Positions 1 through 9,538 of a stretch of DNA of 33,433 bases are shown in pieces (the first letter of the stretch is position 1; every line of letters begins with the position of its first letter). Origin of the DNA: Chitinophaga pinensis (lineage in GTDB: Bacteria; Bacteroidota; Bacteroidia; NS11-12g; UBA9320). The DNA lies in contig CAMDCQ010000003.1 of assembly GCA_945890595.1 (NCBI GenBank), positions 1 to 33,433 on the forward strand, given 5' to 3'. The position numbers and the translations under genes were made by a program. Below the pieces are notes generated by a model. It ran no database searches, was not told where the DNA came from, and worked only from the letters and a program-made list of their open reading frames with translations.

Positions 1-252
1 TTTGTAGGAGCCAATGGTTATCGCATAATAGACACTCCTGGTATCAAAGATTTTGGTATGGTGGATATGCAACCTAGCTTGGTTTCACATTATTTCCCAG
101 AAATGCGTGCACTGTTAGCAGGTTGTAAATTTAACGACTGTGTGCATACCGAAGAACCTGAGTGTAAAGTAGTAGAAGCCTTGCACAATGGAGAGATAAG
201 CCCTAGTAGATATGTCAATTACCTAGGCATTTTAGAAGAGGTGACTAAATAA
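1..252 (+). CDS. rsgA: Ribosome small subunit-dependent GTPase A, C-terminal part (5' end outside window)
   Basis: Frame open from base 1: IIDTPGIKDFG (G3 motif) followed by the CKFNDCVHTEEPEC zinc finger typical of RsgA. Confidence 0.93.
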   Translation, partial: FVGANGYRIIDTPGIKDFGMVDMQPSLVSHYFPEMRALLAGCKFNDCVHTEEPECKVVEALHNGEISPSRYVNYLGILEEVTK

Positions 253-694
253 TCTGTAATCCACCTTCGTCATTGCGTATTTTTACTTCCCAAGTCTTAT
301 CTGGAAGTAATAGTACAGATGCAATAAACGAATCGTATGGCATTCGCTCACCCCATTCTTCTGGAGAAATAAAAGAAAGAATTTTAGTTCCATTCTTCTC
401 ATACAGGTGATATACCTCATGTATTTTAGGCGTGAATTTCATCTCCGCTTCATATATCCCATAAGAGACTTCCAAACGAGCTTCGATTTCGCGTACCTGA
501 TTCATAATAACATCCGCTTGCTTGCGCAGCATAGTCATTTGCTGCTCTGCATGTTTTTGCATAGCTTCTACGGCAGAAGCTTTTATTTTACCTTTATTTT
601 CAGGATTAATAACGGGTGACGATACAGATAATGGTATAGGTGAAAACTTCGCCTCCCCCGTATAATACTGCTTTATCTCTTTATCTTCACTCAT
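245..694 (-). CDS. DUF2452-like hypothetical protein
   Basis: Coiled-coil N-terminal half followed by YHLYEK...LSFISPEEW...DKTW. ATG at 694 preferred over GTG at 712. Stop overlaps the rsgA 3' end. Confidence 0.7.
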   Translation of the reverse strand: MSEDKEIKQYYTGEAKFSPIPLSVSSPVINPENKGKIKASAVEAMQKHAEQQMTMLRKQADVIMNQVREIEARLEVSYGIYEAEMKFTPKIHEVYHLYEKNGTKILSFISPEEWGERMPYDSFIASVLLLPDKTWEVKIRNDEGGLQII

Positions 695-783
695 GGTAAC
701 CTTATAAACCACTTTAAGTGCATATAGTTCGTTTAATTCTGTATAATCTAAAAACTTTGAGGTATTACTATTGTTTAACCACT

Positions 784-1377
784 ATGAAAAATACACTTCT
801 TATGGCTTTAGTGATATGGGCTTCAAGCTGTACATCTACTAAAAAAAATAATACCACTAGCCAAACCTCTATGAGCACACAAAATACCACAACCCAAAGC
901 AAAAGCTTTTATGACTTTTCGATAGCAACGCTAGATGAAAATGGCGCTATCAATATGGCAGACTATAAAGGCAAAAAAATACTGATTGTAAACGTTGCAT
1001 CAAAATGTGGCTACACTCCACAATACGAAGGTTTACAAAAACTTTATACCGAACATGGGGACAAAGTACAAATCATTGGTTTTCCTTGTAATCAATTTAT
1101 GGGACAAGAACCAGGTGGCAAAGAAGATATTGCTAGTTTTTGTCAAAAAAATTACGGAGTCACTTTTCCGCTAACTACAAAAATAGACGTGAAAGGAAAG
1201 GATCAACATGCCATATATGAATGGTTAACTTCTAAAGATTATAACGGAATTGATGATTATAAAGTGGGATGGAATTTTAATAAATTCCTTCTAGATGAAA
1301 ACGGAAAATTGATAGCACACTACGATTCAGGTGTTACTCCTATGAGTGAAGAACTTGTTAATGCCATTTTAAAGTAG
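784..1377 (+). CDS. Cys-type glutathione peroxidase, predicted lipoprotein
   Basis: VNVASKCGYTPQY, GFPCNQF and WNFNKFL motifs. Signal peptide MKNTLLMALVIWASS-C from ATG 784. Confidence 0.93.
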   Translation: MKNTLLMALVIWASSCTSTKKNNTTSQTSMSTQNTTTQSKSFYDFSIATLDENGAINMADYKGKKILIVNVASKCGYTPQYEGLQKLYTEHGDKVQIIGFPCNQFMGQEPGGKEDIASFCQKNYGVTFPLTTKIDVKGKDQHAIYEWLTSKDYNGIDDYKVGWNFNKFLLDENGKLIAHYDSGVTPMSEELVNAILK

Positions 1378-1427
1378 AATCTTTCCCCTTAATATTGGAC
1401 GTTAAAGGTCTTTATCATTTCTTAAAC

Positions 1428-3344
1428 TTACGGAAGAGCAGATTTAATAAACTTGCTTAAGAGTGACTTATCTTCCGTATTGACTTTTATCGTGTATAAG
1501 CCGTTTGCTAAGGAAGACACATCTACTTGAATCATATTGTTTGTAGGTGTGTTAATCTGTTCTTTAAGTATTAGACGGCCTTGCAAGTCGTAAATAAGTA
1601 GTTCATTTACCTTTTTGTCTTCTACATAAATGTTCAACTCTCGGTAAGTTGGATTAGGAAATAACGTTATGCCTGTAAGATCTAGATGTAATCCTTCAAG
1701 CACTACATCCTTGGAGATAAGCCAGAAATTAGGATCAAAATAGAGTTCCTCCACCTTAAAACCCAAGTCTAATATTGCGTTTTGATTACCCACTGAATGG
1801 TCTACTATAAACAGGGTATCCTTATTTTCCCCTTTCGCACGGTACTCTATTTTAAGTGGAAAAAAAGATACCGAAGGATGCGAAGTAACTTGACTTATAG
1901 CGAGTGCTACTTTACCCGCGGGTAGCCTATTCCAAACTGTAGTTATGGTGGGCCAGCCTTCTTTGTAAATATAACGATCAAAAAAATCGGTTAAATCCTG
2001 ACCTGATTCTAGTTCCAGTGCTTCTTTAAAATCTACTGTGTGAGCAAAACCGTAGCACAATTCAGCATTTGCCATGTAATTCCGCGTAGCGTTAAAAAAC
2101 ACATCGTCGCCCAGCTCCCAGCGCAACAGATGCAATACTTTTGCCCCTTTGCGATAACGCATATCTCCAAAAAATAGATTGTTCACGTTAGTGGTATCGT
2201 AGGCAAAAACGGCACCATCTGTATTCCGAGTAATTCTATTATTGCACGTTTTTAAAAAGTCAATAAATGGTAGCTTCCCTTGTACCATTTCTCGAGCGAG
2301 TCCATTGGCATAGGTTGCCCAGCCTTCGTTTAACCATAAATCTGCCCAACTACCGCAGGTTATCTTATCTCCAAACCATTGATGCGCAAGTTCATGCGCC
2401 ATAAGGTCAAATCCTAGATCACTCATGGAGCTCATGGTTTGATGCTCCATACCTCCACCTCTTGCAAACTGGGCATGCCCATACTTTTCCTTTTTAAACG
2501 GATAATCACCAAACAAACTGTCAAATGCGCGCATCATTCCGTGTATGGCTAAACTAAGAGTATCTGCAGCAGGTTTATAGGCTGGATACAAGTAATCTAA
2601 GTGATAAACACTGTCGCCACCACTCAGCGGTATGTAAAAACTTTGCTCATAATAATTGGTAACGGTAACTGAAACTAAATAGGTTGAGATGGGGTAGCGG
2701 TGTTTCCAATGGTAAACCAAACTGCTGTCTGACAAGGTATCTACCCCTTGCAACATGCCTTGTCCTGCGGCTTTATTGCCTTTTGGGATGGTATACTCAA
2801 AGTCCATGGAATCTATTTTATCTGTAAGCTGCTGCTTACATGGCCACCAACCGTAAGCTCCATAAGGCTCTGATAATGTCCAGGCGATAGGCCCATCTTG
2901 CGTATAATCAAAGTTAAAACCGTACTGATCGTTCTTACTCGGATCACCTTGATAGTATATTTCTATCGCTATTTTATTACCTTTATTTTGATTAGGGATC
3001 GTTATAGAAACTTCGTCGTTTTGATGAGAAAACGGTATGGACTTATTCTGGAAGATTACAGAATCTACGGTCATTCGTATGTCCAAATCAAACGAAAACG
3101 TATTAAAATTACTTTCTAAAGCGACTAATTCAGAGTATACACTCCCTTTTATAAAACGTACAGCAGGATCTATCTGTAGTTTTAATTTATGATAGATAAT
3201 GTCGTACGATTGACCGCTGAGCTTTGACTTAAAGTTTTGTTTAGCCGCATAGGCAGCCTTTTCGCCTTTTATGATAGCCTCTAAATCTTGTCCAACAGCA
3301 GAAACACTAAGGGCAACTAATATACTAAAAATGAAATTTCGCAT
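1428..3344 (-). CDS. M1-family zinc aminopeptidase with T9SS type A sorting domain
   Basis: GGMEH, HELAH-x18-E (WLNEG), signal peptide from ATG 3344, and C-terminal FPNP...LANGLYTIKV...KFIK. Confidence 0.9.
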   Translation of the reverse strand: MRNFIFSILVALSVSAVGQDLEAIIKGEKAAYAAKQNFKSKLSGQSYDIIYHKLKLQIDPAVRFIKGSVYSELVALESNFNTFSFDLDIRMTVDSVIFQNKSIPFSHQNDEVSITIPNQNKGNKIAIEIYYQGDPSKNDQYGFNFDYTQDGPIAWTLSEPYGAYGWWPCKQQLTDKIDSMDFEYTIPKGNKAAGQGMLQGVDTLSDSSLVYHWKHRYPISTYLVSVTVTNYYEQSFYIPLSGGDSVYHLDYLYPAYKPAADTLSLAIHGMMRAFDSLFGDYPFKKEKYGHAQFARGGGMEHQTMSSMSDLGFDLMAHELAHQWFGDKITCGSWADLWLNEGWATYANGLAREMVQGKLPFIDFLKTCNNRITRNTDGAVFAYDTTNVNNLFFGDMRYRKGAKVLHLLRWELGDDVFFNATRNYMANAELCYGFAHTVDFKEALELESGQDLTDFFDRYIYKEGWPTITTVWNRLPAGKVALAISQVTSHPSVSFFPLKIEYRAKGENKDTLFIVDHSVGNQNAILDLGFKVEELYFDPNFWLISKDVVLEGLHLDLTGITLFPNPTYRELNIYVEDKKVNELLIYDLQGRLILKEQINTPTNNMIQVDVSSLANGLYTIKVNTEDKSLLSKFIKSALP

Positions 3345-3470
3345 TGGCTTTACAAACTTATGCATCTCTACTGTTTTTGAGCAACTCCTGCTGATCATAT
3401 TTTAGCATTATTAGTAACTAATTAAGGAGCGATGCTGTAGCAGTTGTGTAGCTTAACGGGACTTTAACTA

Positions 3471-5468
3471 TTATTCTAAATTAATTGTTTGTCCCTTAGG
3501 AAACTTCACTTGATACTTAAAGTTAAGCTCTGTAGTTTTTTGTGAATCTATGGTTAACTCCCATTTAAGTTCGCCTGTTTGCTCCGCATGAATTGCACCA
3601 TTTTTATCCTTTAACAGCACCTCTATGTCTTTTGGCATGCTGCTTACAGGCACTTGATCGTACACAATTAAGTTGATAGGTTGTTGTTTATTATTCCTTA
3701 CTTTTATTTCAAACTGACGTTTTTCTAAAGTCTCTTTCCCGATAAATTCTCTACTGGTTTGCGACTTTACTTTTTGTCGGCTAATAAGCACATTTTTATC
3801 TCTACCCAATGATATATTTAGCGTGTCTGATAGAAAACGCACATCTAAAATAGACTTGCCAATATAGGTGCTCTCAAAATATAAATTAGCTTCACCTTCA
3901 AGAAGATTATACTCACTCCAGTCAGCTACTCTGGCTATTAAAAATGCTGCTTTCTCTAATTTTGGAACACTTCTGTACTCGTAATACGCTGGCACCTTTG
4001 CTTCATTTATCGAAACCACCTTCTGCTTACCATCGCTTTTTATCGTAAAAGGTATATCGAGTGTTATTTCTAAGCTAGTTTGATTTTCCAACGGCATTAC
4101 AGCAATAGGCGTAGAAACATATACCTGTTTATCTTTTCGGGGCGCGGTAAGTGAAAAACGGTTGTAGCCTGTGCTTACCAATCCCTCCGTTTCTGCCCAA
4201 GTATAGCTTTGTAAGGGTGCTGATGCAGAATATTGCATATCATCATCCGACTCCAAGAAAGAACGATTTGCATCCATATTAATCTGAATTTGAGCGTTAT
4301 TTTGTGTGCTGGTAAGCACAATGTTATTTCCTGCACTTGCACTTACCGATTCATACATATCTCCGAAACCAATGCTGCTCACAAAAAGTTGATTTTTACC
4401 TTGAGGCAAGGTGATGGACCAATTACCATTTTCGTCCGTAATTGTGCCTATTGACGTTCCTTGTACCTTAATAGTGGCATAAGCAATTGCCGCTCCATTT
4501 GCATCGGTTACTCTGCCAGATGCTTGCGAAGCATTGCTGCTTATATAGTTGCCTAAGTTGTACGAATTTTGAGTAGCGTTAGCCTTGTATGGGTTTGGAT
4601 TATAGCCGGCGTCTACATAGTTTAGATAGTACGGTGTTAGCACAGGCAAATCACCACTTTGATATGGATTTGCATTGCTAAAGGTAAGACTTACACCATC
4701 CCAATCCTCCCCGGTATTTTGCTGCACATTTGCTTTGTATATAAGGGTGAGTGGGTCATTTATCGTTTGTACGCGTATATCGTAACTCGGATACCAGCTG
4801 GCATGATTAACCAAGTAACTCAATTCAAATTGGCCACTGGTAGATTTATTTGCTTGGAGCTCCAGAAGTATTTCGCTCGTATTTTGAGTTAACTTACTAT
4901 TTATGGCATCTAGTTGATTTCTAAATTTGCTCATAGCCGAGCTAATATCTGCTTTTTGGTAGCTGTGCTTGTTTCTTTTTTTAGCAATAAGTAGCAATTC
5001 ATCATAATAAAACTGATGTACGGCACGAAAAGTAGCTGCGTCTAAATTATCGTTTTGGCCCTTTATGCCCCTATTTGTTTGTAAAAATTGTTCACTTTGA
5101 TTCAGCGTATTTAGCTCGATATCTACCAGTTTAGATTTGGCCTGATAGTAATTTAGGCTGTCTGATATTTTCTTTAAATCACCAGATAGCTCTTTCTCGT
5201 CCATATAGTTCATTTGATGGCGAATAGATAAAATGGTAAACTCTCCATTGCCTTTTACTTGTATGGTTTTAGCATCTAAGTACGGAGATAATTCTGTGAT
5301 GCGCAGGGTTTGTGTACCCCCAGATAGTTTAGAAGTAAATGAACGAGTTACCTGGGCTCCATTTAAAAAAACGGTTACTTTTTTAATATCTGATTTTATC
5401 TCATCTAAAGCAAAAGAAGAAACACTCAGGAAAATAGTAAAAGCGATGAAGATGATTTTTTTTAGCAT
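3471..5468 (-). CDS. DUF4140/DUF4139 (MuiA-like) exported protein with internal CarboxypepD_reg-like domain
   Basis: VTVFLNGAQVTR, ASWYPSYDIR and QNTGEDW motifs; GRVTDANG...GTITDENG insert; signal peptide. Confidence 0.85.
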   Translation of the reverse strand: MLKKIIFIAFTIFLSVSSFALDEIKSDIKKVTVFLNGAQVTRSFTSKLSGGTQTLRITELSPYLDAKTIQVKGNGEFTILSIRHQMNYMDEKELSGDLKKISDSLNYYQAKSKLVDIELNTLNQSEQFLQTNRGIKGQNDNLDAATFRAVHQFYYDELLLIAKKRNKHSYQKADISSAMSKFRNQLDAINSKLTQNTSEILLELQANKSTSGQFELSYLVNHASWYPSYDIRVQTINDPLTLIYKANVQQNTGEDWDGVSLTFSNANPYQSGDLPVLTPYYLNYVDAGYNPNPYKANATQNSYNLGNYISSNASQASGRVTDANGAAIAYATIKVQGTSIGTITDENGNWSITLPQGKNQLFVSSIGFGDMYESVSASAGNNIVLTSTQNNAQIQINMDANRSFLESDDDMQYSASAPLQSYTWAETEGLVSTGYNRFSLTAPRKDKQVYVSTPIAVMPLENQTSLEITLDIPFTIKSDGKQKVVSINEAKVPAYYEYRSVPKLEKAAFLIARVADWSEYNLLEGEANLYFESTYIGKSILDVRFLSDTLNISLGRDKNVLISRQKVKSQTSREFIGKETLEKRQFEIKVRNNKQQPINLIVYDQVPVSSMPKDIEVLLKDKNGAIHAEQTGELKWELTIDSQKTTELNFKYQVKFPKGQTINLE

Positions 5469-5656
5469 AGCTGATTAATACGGCACAAGTTATAAAGGTA
5501 AACGGGAAATGGAATGTTTTTATTAGAAAATGAACATACTGTGACCTATTTGAAGATACATACTTAAATAATGTTAAAGCGACGTGACAGTATAGTTTTA
5601 CATACTTATAAATTTGAATGCTTCAGTATGGTTATTTTTCTACCTTTGCCTTACCC

Positions 5657-6130
5657 TTGAAAAAATACCTTTTCATACTAGCCATCACCGCGTTTTTATT
5701 TGTTGGGTGCAACGAAGATGTATTGGTAGATGAATATCATACACTCCCTGTTTCAGGCTGGGAATACAAAGACGTTATCACCGATTCGTTTGAAGTATTG
5801 GAACCCGGGCACTATCACCAACTATCAGCCAATTTGAGAATAAACGGCGATTACCCTTACGCTAATTTTCATGTAAAAATGAACATTACTTTTCCAGACA
5901 GTAGTTCAAAAGAATATAACGTACCCCTTCAACTTGCAGAGAAATCTGGCAAATGGTTAGGTTCAGGATTGGGAGATGTTATCACCTTTAGAATTCCCGT
6001 TTTTCATAGAAAATTTTTAACCCAAAAGGGAAAATATACCGTTTCCATAAGTCAAGATATGCGATTGGAGTCTGTTCCAAACATAGTATCTGCTGGCTTA
6101 AGAGTAGAACAACAAGAAGAAATATTTTAA
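5657..6130 (+). CDS. gldH: Gliding motility lipoprotein GldH
   Basis: Lipobox FVGC; LRINGDYPYAN, LAEKSGKWLGSG and ISQDMR motifs. TTG start at 5657 just after a TACCTTTG promoter element. Confidence 0.88.
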   Translation: MKKYLFILAITAFLFVGCNEDVLVDEYHTLPVSGWEYKDVITDSFEVLEPGHYHQLSANLRINGDYPYANFHVKMNITFPDSSSKEYNVPLQLAEKSGKWLGSGLGDVITFRIPVFHRKFLTQKGKYTVSISQDMRLESVPNIVSAGLRVEQQEEIF

Positions 6131-6134
6131 CAAC

Positions 6135-7529
6135 ATGAATAATTACGACGTAGCAATAATAGGAAGTGGGCCAGGCGGATATGTATGCGCTATTCGATGT
6201 GCACAGTTAGGACTTAAAACCGCTATCATCGAAAAATACGCAACCCTCGGAGGCACATGCCTGAACGTAGGTTGTATTCCTAGTAAAGCGTTGCTAGATA
6301 GCTCTCATCAATATCATGATGCGGTACATAAGTTTGCCGATCACGGTATTAGCATCGGAACGCCTAAAATAGATTTTAAGCAAATGATTGCCCGTAAGCA
6401 AGGCGTGGTAGACCAAATGACGAAAGGCGTTGATTTCCTTATGAAAAAAAATAAGGTTGACGTGTACGTAGGAATGGGGTCATTTGTAGATGCCAATACT
6501 ATCCAAATAGACGGCGAAAAGAAAGAAACTATCTCTGCTAAAAATATTGTAATCGCGACCGGAAGTAAGCCAACTAGCTTTCCAGGAATGGAGATCGATA
6601 AAAAACGCGTAATATCTTCTACTGAAGCCTTAACCTTAACCGAAATACCTAAACACCTAGTGGTAATAGGCGGCGGTGTAATTGGCTTAGAACTCGGTTC
6701 TGTGTACCATAGGCTAGGCGCTGAAGTGAGCATAGTAGAATATGCCGACAGTGTAATCTCTACCATGGATGCTGGCTTAGGTAAAGAAATGGGACGTATC
6801 TTAAAGAAACAAGGTATGAACTTATACCTGGGTCATAAAGTTACATCAGTAACTACCAATGGTAAAGTGGTTACGGTAAAAGCAGAAGGCAAAAAAGGGG
6901 ATATAGCGTTAGAAGCAGACTATTGTTTGGTATCGGTAGGCAGACGTCCGTATACAGATGGACTAGGCGCAGACAAAGCAGGAGTTAAACTGGATGATAA
7001 AGGAAGAATAGAAACCAACGGTCATTTACAAACCAATGTTCCGACTATCTACGCGATAGGTGATGTGGTAAAAGGTGCTATGCTTGCCCACAAAGCAGAA
7101 GAAGAAGGCGTGATGGTTGCAGAAATATTAGCTGGACAAAAACCCCATATCAATTACAATCTTATCCCAGGCGTAGTATATACATGGCCTGAGATTGCAG
7201 GAATCGGCCAAACAGAAGAGCAACTTAAAGCTTCAGGAATAAAATACAAAGTAGGTCAATTCCCATTTAGAGCCAATGGTCGTGCAGTTGCAGGCATGGA
7301 TACTGATGGTTTTGTAAAAATACTAGCCGATGCAGAGACGGATGAAGTAATTGGTGCCCATATGATAGGACCACGTGTTGCCGATATGATTTCTGAAATC
7401 GCCGTTGCTATGGAGTTTCGTGCAAGTGCCGAAGATATTGCGCGTATTTGCCATGCCCATCCTACAACAAGTGAAGTAACCAAAGAAGCTGCACTAGCGG
7501 CCACTGGCAATCGGGCGTTACACTCTTAA
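6135..7529 (+). CDS. lpdA: Dihydrolipoamide dehydrogenase
   Basis: GSGPGG, GGTCLNVGCIPSK redox disulfide, GGGVIGLE and C-terminal HAHPTTSE. Confidence 0.97.
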   Translation: MNNYDVAIIGSGPGGYVCAIRCAQLGLKTAIIEKYATLGGTCLNVGCIPSKALLDSSHQYHDAVHKFADHGISIGTPKIDFKQMIARKQGVVDQMTKGVDFLMKKNKVDVYVGMGSFVDANTIQIDGEKKETISAKNIVIATGSKPTSFPGMEIDKKRVISSTEALTLTEIPKHLVVIGGGVIGLELGSVYHRLGAEVSIVEYADSVISTMDAGLGKEMGRILKKQGMNLYLGHKVTSVTTNGKVVTVKAEGKKGDIALEADYCLVSVGRRPYTDGLGADKAGVKLDDKGRIETNGHLQTNVPTIYAIGDVVKGAMLAHKAEEEGVMVAEILAGQKPHINYNLIPGVVYTWPEIAGIGQTEEQLKASGIKYKVGQFPFRANGRAVAGMDTDGFVKILADAETDEVIGAHMIGPRVADMISEIAVAMEFRASAEDIARICHAHPTTSEVTKEAALAATGNRALHS

Positions 7530-7543
7530 GTTAACTGCGCCAT

Positions 7544-8929
7544 CTAAAATTTATATTCTATCCCAAACTTTAGACCATGCGTGATAAGTTTCTGATCGTA
7601 ACTTTTCATTATAGAGTTTAGTGATATGGTATAATTATATAGCGTAAACACATTTATATTGTTGAACATGGTAAATTTCGCTCCTGTTGACACGTGTGGT
7701 TGATAGAGTACGTTAGTAAGATAATCAGCAGATAGCAAACCTACTTCGTATACGATTTGACCATCCACATTCCCTTGATTTATGGTATAAAGACCTTTTT
7801 GATTTTGCAAAAATGAAGCGGTAAACCCCAGCTCTCCAAACAACTTAAATCGATTGAATGATTTTTGATATTGAACCACTAACGGAACATTAACATAGCT
7901 TATGCGGGTTTCGCAATCCTTGCAGGCTGTAAAGACTGACGAATCGGTTGTAGCTTTAATTTCTTTTTTGATTAATGATATGTTATTTCCCGAAGGAGTC
8001 GTCGTATAAGTACGTTTTATGATAGCATAAGAAGTATCGTACGTAGTAGCATATGTAAACGATTTATAATTGGTATTTTCTCGTATTACGGTTTGTCCTA
8101 GTCCTAATTTGAGCGCCCAATCCCCTAGCTGTACACCAAAATCTAAACCGTAATTGGTAACCCTAAAAGGAATCTCGTCGGTCTGAATATGATACAATTC
8201 ACTTGATACTTTTTGTTTGGCGTAAGCAAAATTCCCTGCGTAAACACTAATAAAATAGTGCACTGGAGGTTTGTGAGGTGTTAATACGATTGCACTCCAT
8301 AACGAATCTTCATCATCCACTTTTTCAGGTATATTCCAAGTGGTGTCTACTTTCATTTCGTTTACAAGATTCATCCATTTCGCATCCTGCCAATTAATAA
8401 CCATTTTTAAATCGGATTTTTCATTTTCTACGAGTTGAGTGAAAACCTCTGTTTGCTGCATTATCTCGGAGTCCATAAAATCTAAATTATCGAGCATCCA
8501 AGGTTCAGAATACAATTTATTCTTACCTTTAATTTGCGTGTATGGATTCCGTTTGGGGAAGATTTGGCTTTTGCCGAAAATAATATTCTCATTTTTACGA
8601 CGAGATGTCTGAGATAAATTCTTTGCTCTTTTTTGAGCGAAAGCTTCCTCCCATTTTGGAGATTCCTTAATGATGCTTGATGCACTTGTATTTTGCCCCT
8701 TAGAAAACAGATGAGGTTTATTCCCTTTTTTAAGAACACTGTAGGATAAGACACATAATACTATAAGCGCAACTGCTATCCCGGTTCGGAATAGCCAAAA
8801 GACCAATACGCCTTTGTGATCATCCTCTAACAATTCTTCCATTCTATCCCAATCCGCTGAAGAATAGGGAACTGTTGGTTTGCCCAGTTTCTCTTTTAAA
8901 AAATCATCTAACGTATTCTTCTGACTCAT
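7544..8929 (-). CDS. Putative anti-sigma factor: N-terminal helix, TM segment and C-terminal outer-membrane beta-barrel
   Basis: LDDFLKEKL...WDRMEELL followed by a hydrophobic TM; alternating beta-strands ending FGIEYKF; ATGA overlap with the ECF gene. Confidence 0.65.
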   Translation of the reverse strand: MSQKNTLDDFLKEKLGKPTVPYSSADWDRMEELLEDDHKGVLVFWLFRTGIAVALIVLCVLSYSVLKKGNKPHLFSKGQNTSASSIIKESPKWEEAFAQKRAKNLSQTSRRKNENIIFGKSQIFPKRNPYTQIKGKNKLYSEPWMLDNLDFMDSEIMQQTEVFTQLVENEKSDLKMVINWQDAKWMNLVNEMKVDTTWNIPEKVDDEDSLWSAIVLTPHKPPVHYFISVYAGNFAYAKQKVSSELYHIQTDEIPFRVTNYGLDFGVQLGDWALKLGLGQTVIRENTNYKSFTYATTYDTSYAIIKRTYTTTPSGNNISLIKKEIKATTDSSVFTACKDCETRISYVNVPLVVQYQKSFNRFKLFGELGFTASFLQNQKGLYTINQGNVDGQIVYEVGLLSADYLTNVLYQPHVSTGAKFTMFNNINVFTLYNYTISLNSIMKSYDQKLITHGLKFGIEYKF

Positions 8930-9492
8930 TTTATTAAGCTTCTTTTAAAATTCTCATTTCGTTGTCTTTCTTCTAATAAGGTTTTCATCATTCTCCTAGC
9001 TCTATTGAGGTGCCATCTACTTACTCCTTCAGATATTTTTAACAGTTTTGCAATTTCTTTATGCGAATACCCATCTATCACAAAAAGATTCAGTACATTT
9101 TTGTTAATGGCAGGTAATCGATGAAGAAGTTCTAGCACGTCACTTTCTTCTAAATTCTGTTCCCCCTCATTCAAAACAAGATTTTCATCTTCATCTAGGT
9201 CCTCCGTGACAACTATTTTGCGTTCATAACTGGCGTTTTTTCGATACTCATCTATGCTGGTATTTATCGCAATATTTCGTATCCATGTGGCCAAGGCAAA
9301 TTGGCTATCATAGTTATTAATACTTTTAAGCACCTTAAAAAATGAGGTATTTATAAGGTGACTAATCTGATTTTGGCTTGCAGAATACCGACTCGCAATA
9401 TTATGTAACAGTGGATAGAATGCCTTATATAATGCATTCTGAGACCTCCTATCTTTGCGAATACAGCCTGCTATAATTTCGTCTATTTGCAA
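8926..9492 (-). CDS. ECF-family RNA polymerase sigma factor
   Basis: 188 aa; region 2 FALATWIRNIAINTSID; region 4 IDGYSHKEIAKLLKISEGVSRWHLNRAR. Confidence 0.93.
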   Translation of the reverse strand: MQIDEIIAGCIRKDRRSQNALYKAFYPLLHNIASRYSASQNQISHLINTSFFKVLKSINNYDSQFALATWIRNIAINTSIDEYRKNASYERKIVVTEDLDEDENLVLNEGEQNLEESDVLELLHRLPAINKNVLNLFVIDGYSHKEIAKLLKISEGVSRWHLNRARRMMKTLLEERQRNENFKRSLIK

Positions 9493-9538
9493 AACAAATT
9501 AGAAGACACATGATGTGCCTGCCTACTTAAATTTTTGA

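Noticed and set aside
990-1015. Selenocysteine in the glutathione peroxidase
   Set aside because: The active-site codon is TGT (Cys); there is no in-frame TGA.
6341-7510. Antisense ORFs within lpdA, and similar ones within acs, fhs, menB, hipT, the TBDT and others
   Set aside because: Shadow frames of well-conserved genes with no recognisable motifs.
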